Positions 29,906-40,496 of a stretch of 64,000 bases of DNA are shown piece by piece. The DNA lies in contig JANNVX010000088.1 in the NCBI GenBank assembly GCA_031414595.1, positions 224,001 through 288,000 of the forward strand, given 5' to 3'. Position 1 is the stretch's first letter. Each line of letters starts with the position of its first letter. The notes under the pieces are model-generated. The model was given only the letters and a program-made list of their open reading frames with translations, was not told where the DNA came from and did not search any database. This DNA is from Deinococcales bacterium. Lineage in GTDB: Bacteria; Deinococcota; Deinococci; Deinococcales; JAAFIG01. A program made the translations under genes and the position numbers.

Positions 29906-32749
29906 TTACGCTGTTGGAAAGATAAACTCGAGGCTCGAGCCAAGGTTTTCTTCGCTGCTGACCTTCATTTCACCACCTGCCAGCGCGACTCGTTCACGCA
30001 TTCCAGCTAAACCAAGATGCCCCTCGAGCAGCAAATTGCCGTTTTGCGTGGCAAAGCCTCGTCCGTCATCTTGTACCAATACTTCTAGGCTGGTCTCGAG
30101 AAATTTAAGGCGTACCGAACAATGGGCAGCCTGAGCATGTTTATCTATATTGGTTAATGCCTCTTGTACCACACGGTAAATGGTCAGTTCTAGGGCGGTT
30201 TCTAAGCGGCGCTCAATGCCTTGCACTTCGAGTCTGGCATCGGTACTGGATTGTTCACACAGCCATTCAAGGGCGGGAATAAGCCCAAGGTCATCCAAGG
30301 CACTCGGACGAAGATTACGACTGAAACGGCGCACACTGGCAATGGCGGCATCTACGTCGGAACGAATATCGCGTACTCGGTCTTTGGCTTGGGCGGTTGG
30401 CATGGTCTCGAGGGCAGTTTCTAAACGGTCAAGCCGGCGGGTGATTGCCACTAAAGTCTGGGCGGTGTCGTCGTGTAGTTCTCGTGCAATACGGCGGCGT
30501 TCTTCTTCGCCAGCTTGGGTGAACAGACTTAAGAACGAGCGCAATTCTGAAGCTCTGGCTTGGGCTTGTCCGCGCTGCGTAATCTCAAGGGCTAGTTTTT
30601 GCTGCTCGGATAAATCACGGGCAATCACCAAGCCGCCTTGTAATTCGCCGTTGCGGTGTAGCGCCGATAACTTTATTTCAAGCATCGCCAAAGTACCATC
30701 AGCCCGTTTTACCTCGGCGGTGAAGGTACTCGAAATCTGTTCCTGCATGGTGCGCCAAGCGGCTCGAGCCTCGTCATAACTGTTCGGCTCGAGTAAATCT
30801 TCAAAGTGACGCTCCAAGAGTTCGTTTGGCGCATAACCTAAAACCTCGAGCGCCGCATTATTGGCGTAAGTCACAATGCCTTCGAGGTCGGTTGAAATAA
30901 TCAGGTCTGTGGCGGCTTCTGCCAGCAAACTGTACTGTTGTTGTTGGGCTTGAATCCGTTCATACAGGCGGGCATTTTGAATCGCTAGGGCGGCTTGTTG
31001 GGCAATCGCGGCGGCTAGACGGGATTCCCGAGCGGTAATTTCGGAAGTTCGGGTGCTGTCGGCATATAAAATCCCCAGCACCTGCCCTTGGACTTGAATC
31101 GGTGCAACCACAAAGGCTTGAGCGCCAAGCAGGGTCGGACCCTCGCTTTCGAGCGATTCATCTTGGGCTTCGTTAATCACAATCGGCTCGAGGTCTAAAA
31201 TCAGTTTAGCAAAGGCTTCATCGGCAATCACAAAGGGTTTAATAAAGCCTTCTAAACCATCTTGAAAACCTTGGGCATATAATTTGCCAATTTCGGCACG
31301 TTGGTTTTGCATATCCAGCAAATCAAAAAATCCAATAAAACTGCGTTCTAAATCCAGCGTCTCGAGGGCTTCACGGCAGACTAAAGCCAGCACTTCATCC
31401 AATTCTAAGGTGCTGCTGGTGACTCGAGCCATCTCGAGCAGGGCGTTTTCATCGGCAAAAGCCCGTGCATTGCCCAGCGCCACCCCAGCTTGAGCCGCAA
31501 ACGCCGATAATGTGCCTTGTTCATCAGGGCTAAAGACTCGGCTTTGAGGAAAATACAATGCCAGCGCCCCGTAAACTTCACCACGAGCCATGAGTGGTGC
31601 AGCCAGAAAATCCGACGCAGCAATCACTTCGGCTTGGTGCGTGGACTCGAGCAATAAATCTAAGCCTTGCCCGAGTAAAGAATCATCTTCGACTCCATAA
31701 CTGGCACGTACCTCGAGTACATTTCGCACTTTTTCAAAGACTGCACAGGAACTTGCGCCCAGTAACTTGACGGCGGTCTCGAGAATCGCTTCTAAAGTCT
31801 GGGAAATACTCAGGCTTTCGGATAAGCGCTGCATGACTAGCCGCAACCCTTCGGCATTTTGGCGTTTGGCACTCTCGAGTGAATAGGAGCGCGAATTTTC
31901 CACCGCCAACGCCATAATTTCAAGCATCGCTTGCCCAAGCGAAACGGTGCGCTCAGTAATCTCTAAGCCGCTTTTGGTGGTGTCGGCATACAGCACCCCA
32001 AGTGTTTCGCCCCTCGAGACGATAGGCAGCATCAAAAAGGCTTCTGCCCCAAATTTACGCGGCGTACTGGAAAAACTCCTCGAACTGGATTTAACATCGT
32101 TTAGGACAATTGGTTGCCCACGGTGCAACCGTGCAAAACTCTCGGCAGAAATCGCCAGTACCTCATCCGATTCAAGTTGAGGAAACTGGTACTTGAAATA
32201 GCCTCGAGCCTCCGCTCCAGCCTCCGAAGCACTCGAGAACAACCCCAGTAAACCTCGTTCTAAACCCAGTGCATCCACGGTTTGGCTTAAACTTTCGAGT
32301 AAAATCTGCTCGAGTTCTAAGGTGTTTGAGACCCGCTTAGAAAGCTCAGACAGCGCCTTGGTTTCTTTTTCACGCCGCACCGCATCTCGAGATAACCGCG
32401 CCGCTTCTAGGGCAATGCCACTGAGCGCCAAAAAATCGGGTTCGAGGGCTGTGCCACCACGAATTTCAAGCCAACCAATGCGTCGCCCTCGAGCCTCGAG
32501 ATATACGGCATTTTCAAGCACCGCATTCAGCGCCACATCCTCAAAACGAAGTCCAGCCCCACCCAGACTCGAGACCCCCAAAGCATTTGCCACCGCCACA
32601 GTTTCACGGCGTTCATTGGTTTCAAGCAGCACCCGCACCGATTGGGCAGCAGCCAACTGCAAAGCCGCCCGAGCAATCACTTGCCCAGTGGCGGCTAAAC
32701 CACGGGTGCGATGCAGCGTCTCGAGGTAAGGATTAACGCCCGAATTCAC
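29906..32749 (-). CDS. multi-GAF + PAS sensor histidine kinase (HisKA_3)
   Basis: Repeated LAVENSR/LGNAR/AIQNARL GAF ends, PAS, ERRRIARELHD, EALTNIDKHA, DDGRGF. Confidence 0.92.
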   Translation of the reverse strand: MNSGVNPYLETLHRTRGLAATGQVIARAALQLAAAQSVRVLLETNERRETVAVANALGVSSLGGAGLRFEDVALNAVLENAVYLEARGRRIGWLEIRGGTALEPDFLALSGIALEAARLSRDAVRREKETKALSELSKRVSNTLELEQILLESLSQTVDALGLERGLLGLFSSASEAGAEARGYFKYQFPQLESDEVLAISAESFARLHRGQPIVLNDVKSSSRSFSSTPRKFGAEAFLMLPIVSRGETLGVLYADTTKSGLEITERTVSLGQAMLEIMALAVENSRSYSLESAKRQNAEGLRLVMQRLSESLSISQTLEAILETAVKLLGASSCAVFEKVRNVLEVRASYGVEDDSLLGQGLDLLLESTHQAEVIAASDFLAAPLMARGEVYGALALYFPQSRVFSPDEQGTLSAFAAQAGVALGNARAFADENALLEMARVTSSTLELDEVLALVCREALETLDLERSFIGFFDLLDMQNQRAEIGKLYAQGFQDGLEGFIKPFVIADEAFAKLILDLEPIVINEAQDESLESEGPTLLGAQAFVVAPIQVQGQVLGILYADSTRTSEITARESRLAAAIAQQAALAIQNARLYERIQAQQQQYSLLAEAATDLIISTDLEGIVTYANNAALEVLGYAPNELLERHFEDLLEPNSYDEARAAWRTMQEQISSTFTAEVKRADGTLAMLEIKLSALHRNGELQGGLVIARDLSEQQKLALEITQRGQAQARASELRSFLSLFTQAGEEERRRIARELHDDTAQTLVAITRRLDRLETALETMPTAQAKDRVRDIRSDVDAAIASVRRFSRNLRPSALDDLGLIPALEWLCEQSSTDARLEVQGIERRLETALELTIYRVVQEALTNIDKHAQAAHCSVRLKFLETSLEVLVQDDGRGFATQNGNLLLEGHLGLAGMRERVALAGGEMKVSSEENLGSSLEFIFPTA

Positions 32750-32758
32750 TTCTTTCGT

Positions 32759-33190
32759 TTAAGCCTCTTGCTCGTCGCTTGGCTTCTTCGCGGTTTTTTT
32801 GGCTTTACCCTCGGTTTTTGCCTCGAGTTCTTCGGCTTTGGTTTCAATCGTCTCGAGTGGAGTTTCAATCACTTCTGAAATTTCCACAGCTTCAACCACT
32901 GGAATTTGCACAGGTGCTTCTACGTCAACAGGCATAGGAACGGGTTTATTCGAGGCGGAGACCGTTTTACTTTGCAATTGGGTTACTGCAAAATACACAA
33001 TCCCCACCAGAATCGCCACTGGCACAAGCCAACGCAGCAATGCCACAATAATCCCAGCAAAACCAAGCAGAATTCCGCCCAGCAGGGTTAGAACCCAACC
33101 AAGGATGTACATGCCAGCCAAGCCAACCACCACAGCAACGAGTCCCTTAACAATCACTTCGAGCGTTTTACGCCAATCGGTTTCTTTCAT
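32759..33190 (-). CDS. membrane protein with acidic tail
   Basis: Two TM segments; GAACT-N16-CGTA and TACAAT upstream. Confidence 0.75.
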   Translation of the reverse strand: MKETDWRKTLEVIVKGLVAVVVGLAGMYILGWVLTLLGGILLGFAGIIVALLRWLVPVAILVGIVYFAVTQLQSKTVSASNKPVPMPVDVEAPVQIPVVEAVEISEVIETPLETIETKAEELEAKTEGKAKKTAKKPSDEQEA

Positions 33191-33230
33191 AACTCTATTG
33201 TACGCGGTTTTTTAGAAAAAAGTTCCACGG

Positions 33231-34523
33231 CTAATCACTCGAGGCTTTGCGGATGTTGATCACACTAAAAAATGCCAATAAAGTGAATAGGAATGTCAGC
33301 AGAATTACGCCATCCATTTTTAAGGTTGAGACAAAAATCCCACCCAGCAGTGAACCACCAATTAAATTACCACCAGCCAAGAAAATGCTATACAAACCCA
33401 TGACCACACCGCGATCTTCTGGGAAGTCCTCGGAAATATCGGCAAGGTATGCTAACGCTACAGGTGTAAATCCAGCTTGAAAAAACGCACCGACCAGTAG
33501 CACCACGAACCAAATGCTGACTGGCTCGAGCGGGGTTGGAATAAAAAAGGTCAGTCCAAATTCAGGATGATTGAGCATAAATAAACTAACCGAAATGAGC
33601 ATTAAGCCACCACCTGCATAAAGCATTGGGGTGCTTCGTTTACCGTGTTTGGAGCGTTCTGCCCAAAAAACCAGTCCAACCAAAAAGGCAAAAGCAAAAA
33701 AACCAAGGTATTTGCTGACTTCACTTGGTGAAAAACCACCAACCAAAGCCTGTCCAGTCTCGAGCGGGACTTTTCCTTTGGATAAAATGTTCTGGACATG
33801 CACAATCCAAAGCCCAATCACGGCAGTTGCCGCTAACCACGCAGGTAGAAAGCGCACCAAGCGTTTATTGCCAAGAGCTTTAATATAATCGTTCCAACTG
33901 CGGCGTTTCTCGAGCCGAACACCAATGTTGGGTAAGAAAAACCAAAAAACCACTGCGCCAATTAAGTAAACCCCTGCCAGAAAAGGATAACTGCCTGTGC
34001 CTAAGGCGCTCCACAAAAGCGGACCCAACACAATGCTGCCGCCCATAACCCCAAGCAAAGTCACGATTTCGTACATTCCCATGATTCGAGCGCGGTGTGG
34101 ACTGCCATCGGTCAGGTCAGATAAATAGCCTAATGTGGCTGGAATGGCAGCCGCCGCACTGATTCCTTCAATAATACGAATCAAAAATAACATCTCTAAA
34201 CTCGAGGTTAGTGGATACAACAGTAAAGCCACTGCCCCAATCACGGGTGCAACTGCCATCAGTAATTTGCGCCCCACACGGTCAGTCATTGCCCCAAAAA
34301 TCGGGGCAAGAAAAAATTCGGTGGCATAATAACCAGCCGCTACAAATCCGACTTCAAGACCTTCAACTCCTAGTGATTTTAAGTAAAAATTGAGTGTCCC
34401 AGTCGCAAGCCCACCACTGACCCGAAGTAGGAACGTCCCCAATAAAACAATCACCGCTCCGTAAAAAAGCAGGTTTGGCTCGAGTCGTTTTGGTGTTTGG
34501 TGGTTGTTCTTTGGAATGCTCAT
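33231..34523 (-). CDS. MFS transporter
   Basis: GAMTDRVGRK motif A, 12 TM segments. Confidence 0.9.
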   Translation of the reverse strand: MSIPKNNHQTPKRLEPNLLFYGAVIVLLGTFLLRVSGGLATGTLNFYLKSLGVEGLEVGFVAAGYYATEFFLAPIFGAMTDRVGRKLLMAVAPVIGAVALLLYPLTSSLEMLFLIRIIEGISAAAAIPATLGYLSDLTDGSPHRARIMGMYEIVTLLGVMGGSIVLGPLLWSALGTGSYPFLAGVYLIGAVVFWFFLPNIGVRLEKRRSWNDYIKALGNKRLVRFLPAWLAATAVIGLWIVHVQNILSKGKVPLETGQALVGGFSPSEVSKYLGFFAFAFLVGLVFWAERSKHGKRSTPMLYAGGGLMLISVSLFMLNHPEFGLTFFIPTPLEPVSIWFVVLLVGAFFQAGFTPVALAYLADISEDFPEDRGVVMGLYSIFLAGGNLIGGSLLGGIFVSTLKMDGVILLTFLFTLLAFFSVINIRKASSD

Positions 34524-34595
34524 GGAATCCCATTTAGTTTAACCCGATTGGATGAGGGAGTTTTTCCCCTAGTCACTTAAGTTAAGGTAGCCATA

Positions 34596-35243
34596 ATGAA
34601 ACGGTTTGATTATTCTTTTCCTGAAACTCGAGTGGTGCAAATGGTGACTGGGCAAATTCAAGAAAATGCTTATCTGGTTATCCACGACTCGCTTGAGGCA
34701 GTTTTGGTAGACCCCGGCGACGATGCCCAAGAAATTTTAGAACTGATTAAGCTCGAGAAAGCCAATGTCAAAGCAATTCTCCTGACCCATGCTCACTTTG
34801 ACCATATCGGCGCGGTTCAAGTCACCCGTGAAGCCCTGCAATGCCCAGTTTACTTGCACGAGGATGCCTGGGTTTCGTACTCGAGGGCGCACATTGCCCC
34901 AGCCCGCTACAACTTGCCGTTTGTGCAACCCGAAGCCCCAGACCATAAACTCGAGGTTGGCGCAGTAACATTTGGCAATCTCGAGTTCATGGCACTTTTT
35001 ACCCCCGGACATGCACCCGGGCATCTTGCCTTGTACTCAAAGGCGGGTTTTGTGCTGTCGGGCGATGCGCTTTTTCATGGCAGTGTCGGACGCACCGATA
35101 TTCCGGGGGCAGATACCGATTTACTGCTCGAGCGGATTAAAACCCAGTTGTATACCCTGCCGGACAACACAGTTGTGCTGTCTGGGCATGGGCGCAGCAC
35201 CACCATCGGGCGCGAAAAAGTCAGCAACCCGTTTACTCATTAA
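34596..35243 (+). CDS. MBL-fold hydrolase (glyoxalase II-like)
   Basis: THAHFDH, TPGHAPG, GDALF, SGHG. Confidence 0.92.
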   Translation: MKRFDYSFPETRVVQMVTGQIQENAYLVIHDSLEAVLVDPGDDAQEILELIKLEKANVKAILLTHAHFDHIGAVQVTREALQCPVYLHEDAWVSYSRAHIAPARYNLPFVQPEAPDHKLEVGAVTFGNLEFMALFTPGHAPGHLALYSKAGFVLSGDALFHGSVGRTDIPGADTDLLLERIKTQLYTLPDNTVVLSGHGRSTTIGREKVSNPFTH

Positions 35244-35320
35244 AGCTCATTTAAGTAATCCCTCACAGACTCGAGTCATCGCTTCACGTAACTCATGGCG
35301 TTCAGCGCGATATTCCTTAT

Positions 35321-35917
35321 ATGACCCGACTCGCTCTGATTGCGCTGGCTGCCCTGATTATTTTGGGGGTGGTGGTTTCGGTGTTGCCCGCTCCAAAATC
35401 TGAAGCCAAAGCCGAGGTTTTACTCGAGGGCGTGAGTTTAGAACTCTACCCAGCCGCCGACCCAGATGCCAAATGGTTATTTAGTGCTAAAGACGTGCGC
35501 TACAATCCAGAAACCAGAGAAAGTACCGTCAGGCTCGAGGGAATTGGTCAGCGTGTGCTTAAAGGCAAAGTGGATTTGGAGCTTCGGTCTGATGTCTTAA
35601 CCATAGATTCACAAGATAACTTGCGCTTAATCAAAGCCGATGTTTTTGTGCCAGAAGGCTGTTATGCGCTGCGTTTACAAAACAAAAATGACTTGGGCGA
35701 AGGGGCTGGTTTTGTGACCATAGACCAAAATAACGGTTATGCAGCGCCGTTTATTCATATGCGTTATCAAGGTTCAAAATCTGAGTTGTACGGCTTTACT
35801 TCTGGTTTTGCCCTTGATAACACCAAATTTGCCGACGATGCACGCAACAAATTCTTAAGCGACATTGATTCCAAAGAATCGTGCCAATCAGTTAAATCCG
35901 ACATGGGTTGGAACTAA
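35321..35917 (+). CDS. LptC-like membrane-anchored beta-jellyroll protein
   Basis: N-terminal TM, beta-rich, directly upstream of two LptA-like genes. Confidence 0.55.
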   Translation: MTRLALIALAALIILGVVVSVLPAPKSEAKAEVLLEGVSLELYPAADPDAKWLFSAKDVRYNPETRESTVRLEGIGQRVLKGKVDLELRSDVLTIDSQDNLRLIKADVFVPEGCYALRLQNKNDLGEGAGFVTIDQNNGYAAPFIHMRYQGSKSELYGFTSGFALDNTKFADDARNKFLSDIDSKESCQSVKSDMGWN

Positions 35918-35925
35918 GGATAATC

Positions 35926-36819
35926 ATGAAATCATTTTTTTTAATTGCCACGATTGGTTTAGCCGCATTAGCCCTTGCCCAAGGCTCGAGAATTCTCGAG
36001 ATTAACGGCGGTGCGCCCGGTGGGGATTTACGCAATGGTCCTTTGGTTTGGACAGGAAATTTTACCGCAACCGTCCAAAAGCTCTCCTTAAAAGCCACTA
36101 AAGTCACCCTGACCGCGCCATCTGGAACAACCTTAAGTGAATCCAAGGGAAAACGCACCGCTATTTTTGAAGGTGGGACAACCGCCACCCGTGGGCGCTT
36201 AAATGCCACTGGTCCAAGTCTCGAGTATAAAGAAGTGACTGGGCTTGGTGTTTTATCGGGTCCTGTACAAATTAAAATTACCCCCGAGAAAAAAGAAGAT
36301 GACCAAGTGAGTATCCAAGCCAGTAAAGCCACTTTTGACGTGGACACCAATGTGTCTACTTCCGAAGGCAGTGTTAAATTGGTCAATGGTGGGCAGACTG
36401 CGACCTCGAGCAAAGTTGTCTACGATGAGCAATCTGACTTAGGGTGTTTATCTGACTCGAGGGTTGTGACGATTATCCGTGAACCCAAAAAAGCTGGCGA
36501 TCCACGCTTGGTGATTACCGCTAAAGAAACTCGGGTCAATACCAAAACCAATACCCTGATTGCACTGGGCGGTGTAAAACTCGAGGCTGGCGATAATGTC
36601 ACCTCTGGCGAAGCACTTTTTTATGATGATGCCAAAGATACGGCTTGGATAATCGGTGATTTAGCCAAGAAACTCGAGGCTAAAAATGTCAATAAAAAGT
36701 CTGGCACGACCATTTCTGGTGGTACAATCATCAATTACACCCGTAAGAATAGCGTCACGATTCAAGGCGCGTTGTTTAAGATTCCGCTTGAAAAGTTTGT
36801 GTGTCCGAGTGTTAAATGA
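35926..36819 (+). CDS. LptA/OstA family protein
   Basis: Signal peptide, beta-jellyroll repeats (ASKATFD..EGSVKL, LGGVKL). Confidence 0.75.
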   Translation: MKSFFLIATIGLAALALAQGSRILEINGGAPGGDLRNGPLVWTGNFTATVQKLSLKATKVTLTAPSGTTLSESKGKRTAIFEGGTTATRGRLNATGPSLEYKEVTGLGVLSGPVQIKITPEKKEDDQVSIQASKATFDVDTNVSTSEGSVKLVNGGQTATSSKVVYDEQSDLGCLSDSRVVTIIREPKKAGDPRLVITAKETRVNTKTNTLIALGGVKLEAGDNVTSGEALFYDDAKDTAWIIGDLAKKLEAKNVNKKSGTTISGGTIINYTRKNSVTIQGALFKIPLEKFVCPSVK

Positions 36820-37637
36820 ACCGACAGTTATTTTTGTTGCTGGTCTGCTCGAGTTTTGGTTTGGCACAAGATGCCGACCAACCATTTACACCAGAGCCTT
36901 TTACCCCTAAAGTGATTTTTGAACGTGGCAATAATGTGGTGGTTGCCAAAAAATATGGACCAGACGAACTCGGGGCATTACTGATTTGTCAGCCCGAAGA
37001 GTCCGACCCAAAGCAAGTTACCCGTTCGTTTTTTGCCGATGTTAAACCGTATTTTGTGCATGTTTTTATAGATAAAAATATCATCCGAGCGCCTTTAATT
37101 ACTGCTACCAAAGAATCTCGAGGTGATGGTCAGTTAAAAGCCGTCAATGGCTCAGCCAAAATACTAAACCCAGAAACTTGTGAAATCGAACTGAAGCCAG
37201 ACCCTAAACCAAACACGGTTTTTGTTGAACAAGGTAAAACCAAGTTGTCTGGCTCGAGTTTAATTTATTCTCAAGAGTCTGGCATTGGGGTGATTGCCGG
37301 TCCAATTACTTTTGCCCGTCCCCAAGCGGGCGGCAACATTTTACGCGGCTCGAGTGAAAAAATCACGGTGGATGTGGACAACGAAAAAACTTTTTTAGAA
37401 GGCAATGTCAAACTTGAATCCAAATGCCGCAGCAGTATCGCCGACCGTGTTGAATACGATGACCGCGAGAACTTAGCGATTTTGTATGGCAATCCAGCCA
37501 TTTCTAAACGCTTAGATGGGTCGGATGAAATTAAAGCAGATAGGCTCGAGTACAATTTAGAAACCAATGATGTGGTTCTCAACGGCAGCATTTCAGGGGT
37601 TTTTGACGATAACGCCAAGCCCTGCCGCGAGAACTAG
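36816..37637 (+). CDS. LptA/OstA family protein
   Basis: Signal peptide; LEGNVKL, ADRVEYDD..AILYGNPA, ADRLEYNL. Confidence 0.75.
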   Translation: MNRQLFLLLVCSSFGLAQDADQPFTPEPFTPKVIFERGNNVVVAKKYGPDELGALLICQPEESDPKQVTRSFFADVKPYFVHVFIDKNIIRAPLITATKESRGDGQLKAVNGSAKILNPETCEIELKPDPKPNTVFVEQGKTKLSGSSLIYSQESGIGVIAGPITFARPQAGGNILRGSSEKITVDVDNEKTFLEGNVKLESKCRSSIADRVEYDDRENLAILYGNPAISKRLDGSDEIKADRLEYNLETNDVVLNGSISGVFDDNAKPCREN

Positions 37638-37761
37638 AAAATCATCGGTTTGTCAGAACTAGAAAGTTTTAGAACTAGAAGTTTAGCGCAGCAACTTGTT
37701 AGAATACCCGCGATTCAAAAATTCTTTTTCGCTCGGGGTTTCTCGAGATGGGGGTTCTAAA

Positions 37762-39852
37762 GTGGGTTTATTGATTACGGTTGTGGTTGGTTTATTGGCG
37801 ATTGTCGTGGGTGCGGCATTGACCATGAACATTCTTCGTTTACCCGATGGCAATGATAAAATGCGTGCCATTGCAGCAGCCATTCAAGAGGGCGCGAGTG
37901 CCTACCTAAGCGCTCAGTACAAAGAAGTTGCGGTGGTTGCGGTGGCTTTGTTTGTGCTGCTTTTTGCGGTGCTTGGGGCAACCACCGCGATTTATTTCTT
38001 GGTTGGTGCAGCAGCTTCGGCGGCGGCTGGTTTTATTGGCATGAATGTGGCGGTTAGAGCCAATGTTCGCACGGCGGAAGCGGCTAACAATGGCTTAGCG
38101 GCAGCGATGCGTGTCGCAACGTGGGGCGGGGCTGTCACTGGTTTATTTGTGGTTGGACTTGGCTTGTTGGTGCTTGGAATTCTAACGCAACTCTCGCCGC
38201 GTTTGCCTGATGGTCTGATTAACCCTGATGCGCTGATTGGACTTGGATTTGGGGCGAGTTTAATCAGTGTTTTTGCCCGTCTGGGTGGCGGTATTTACAC
38301 CAAAGCCGCCGATGTCGGAGCGGATTTGGTCGGTAAAGTCGAAGCAGGTATTCCCGAAGATGACCCACGCAATCCAGCCGTGATTGCTGATAACGTCGGG
38401 GATAACGTTGGTGACGACGCGGGTATGGCTGCCGATTTATTCGAGACTTTAATTGTAACCGCCATTGCTGCCATGCTGCTTGGACATCTGGCATTTAAGA
38501 CCGATGCCGCCGTTTGGTATCCACTGATGCTTGGCGGAGTTGGTGCGTTGGCTGGAATCATTGGGGTTTTTGGGGTAGGAATGCCCTCGAGCGGCGATAA
38601 AATTATGGCGGGTTTATATCGTGGTGTTTGGATTTCATCTGTGCTGGCTGCCATTGGCATTGCTATTGTGACTTTTTTGATTCCAGTCGAAGCAAAAAAT
38701 TTGGCTGGTGAAGTCTATACCCTCTCGAGTATCAATTTAACTTTAGCGGCTCTAGTTGGTATTGGTGTCACACTGGGTTTAATGTACATCACCGATTACT
38801 ACACCAGTTCGGAATATGATCCAGTACGCGGTATTGCAAGGGCTAGTATTACTGGGCATGGCACAAATATCATTGCGGGTTTAGCCGTGGGTATGAAAGC
38901 CACAGCTTTTCCTGTATTGGTGATTGTGGCGGGTACGCTTGCCAGTTACGCCGTAATGTACGACGCGAGTAATCCTTTGGCGGGCTTGTATGGTATTTCA
39001 ATCGCGGCGATGTCTATGCTGTCCTTGTGCGGCATTATTGTGACCGTAGATGCCTTTGGTCCAATTACTGATAACGCTGGTGGAATTGCAGAAATGGCAG
39101 AAATGGGCGAGAATGTGCGGAATGTAACCGACCCGCTAGACGCTGTTGGCAACACCACCAAAGCCGTAACCAAAGGCTATGCGATTGGTAGCGCTGGCTT
39201 AGCGGCACTAGCCCTTTTTGCCAGTTACACTGCCGAGTTTGCTAAACTTGGGAAACCCTTGGTCTTTGATTTGTCTGACCCAATGGTTGTGGCGGGCTTA
39301 TTTATTGGTGGCATTTTACCGTGTATTTTTGCAGCCATGTGCATGGAAGCTGTGGGACGGGCGGCAGGAGCAGTGGTTCTCGAGGTGCGAAGGCAATTTA
39401 AGGAAAAGCCGGGGATTATGGATTACAGCCAGAAACCCGATTATGGGCAATGCGTCAGTATTGTGACTCAGGCAGCCTTACGTGAAATGCGTGTTCCAGC
39501 CCTTTTAAGCGTTGGTGTGCCAATTGTAGTCGGTTTGGTCTTGGGTGCTAAAGCCCTTGGTGGCTTACTGATAGGCAGCATTGTGGTTGGTATTTTTATG
39601 GCAATTCAAATGACCACGGGCGGTGGCGCTTGGGACAACGCCAAAAAGTACATTGAATCTGGCGACTTAAAAGACGAAGCTGGTAATGTCCTCAAAAAAG
39701 GCAGCTTTGCCCATCAAGCTGCGGTAACTGGCGATACGGTTGGCGACCCGTACAAGGACACCGCCGGTCCAGCCATCAACCCGATGATTAAAGTCGTCAA
39801 TATCGTGGCGCTGTTGCTTGTACCGCTTCTTGTTCAACTTGGACGAATCTAG
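37762..39852 (+). CDS. hppA: membrane-bound H+-translocating pyrophosphatase, predicted K+-independent
   Basis: [49 protein letters not shown]; start approximate. Confidence 0.95.
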   Translation: MGLLITVVVGLLAIVVGAALTMNILRLPDGNDKMRAIAAAIQEGASAYLSAQYKEVAVVAVALFVLLFAVLGATTAIYFLVGAAASAAAGFIGMNVAVRANVRTAEAANNGLAAAMRVATWGGAVTGLFVVGLGLLVLGILTQLSPRLPDGLINPDALIGLGFGASLISVFARLGGGIYTKAADVGADLVGKVEAGIPEDDPRNPAVIADNVGDNVGDDAGMAADLFETLIVTAIAAMLLGHLAFKTDAAVWYPLMLGGVGALAGIIGVFGVGMPSSGDKIMAGLYRGVWISSVLAAIGIAIVTFLIPVEAKNLAGEVYTLSSINLTLAALVGIGVTLGLMYITDYYTSSEYDPVRGIARASITGHGTNIIAGLAVGMKATAFPVLVIVAGTLASYAVMYDASNPLAGLYGISIAAMSMLSLCGIIVTVDAFGPITDNAGGIAEMAEMGENVRNVTDPLDAVGNTTKAVTKGYAIGSAGLAALALFASYTAEFAKLGKPLVFDLSDPMVVAGLFIGGILPCIFAAMCMEAVGRAAGAVVLEVRRQFKEKPGIMDYSQKPDYGQCVSIVTQAALREMRVPALLSVGVPIVVGLVLGAKALGGLLIGSIVVGIFMAIQMTTGGGAWDNAKKYIESGDLKDEAGNVLKKGSFAHQAAVTGDTVGDPYKDTAGPAINPMIKVVNIVALLLVPLLVQLGRI

Positions 39853-39863
39853 TTTTTCTTTTG

Positions 39864-39894
39864 AAAGCTCGAGGCTTGTGCTTCGAGCTTTTTT
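39864..39894 (+). terminator. intrinsic terminator
   Basis: aaagctcgaggc-ttgt-gcttcgagcttt followed by a T run. Confidence 0.85.
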
Positions 39895-39944
39895 GTCACG
39901 CCCTTGTCACTTGCTTATGCGCTTGATACGTCATACTGTGAGGC

Positions 39945-40496
39945 ATGAATTTGCTCGAGTTTCGCCAAGAAAAAGACCAGTTTTTTAAGTCAAGAAATTC
40001 GCCTTTGCCAGCCTCTATTCGGGCTGTTTTTACGGGTTTGAAGTATTTTGACGAAAATCCAAACTTACGGCAAACTGTGACTTTAGAGCCGGACGTAAAT
40101 CAAGCGGCGGTTTTGATGCAAACCAGCACGGGTTCGGAGCGGGTTTATTTGCGCTTAGGTTGGGTGAGTTTTGTGTTTGAAGGTGTCATCTCGAGACTGG
40201 CGGTTTTTGTGCCAGAAGGTGAACCAGAGGCGACGGAACTTTTTATTCCTTTCAGGGATGCCAGCAGTGGGCAAGAAACCTACGGCTCAGGGCGGTATCT
40301 CGAGGCGGAGCGCAATGGTGACAAAGTAAATTTAGACTTCAACTTGGCGTATAACCCGTATTGCGCGTATTCGGATGGTTGGTCATGTCCGATTCCACCG
40401 CTCGAGAACTGGTTAAAAGTGCCAATTCAGGCAGGCGAGATGCTACCGCCCAAACTCGAGCCAGTATCAATCATCATCGGAGGCGATGATGATTGA
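39945..40496 (+). CDS. DUF1684 family protein
   Basis: LFIPFRD, TYGSGRYL, LDFNLAYNPYCAY..WSCPIPP. Confidence 0.92.
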   Translation: MNLLEFRQEKDQFFKSRNSPLPASIRAVFTGLKYFDENPNLRQTVTLEPDVNQAAVLMQTSTGSERVYLRLGWVSFVFEGVISRLAVFVPEGEPEATELFIPFRDASSGQETYGSGRYLEAERNGDKVNLDFNLAYNPYCAYSDGWSCPIPPLENWLKVPIQAGEMLPPKLEPVSIIIGGDDD

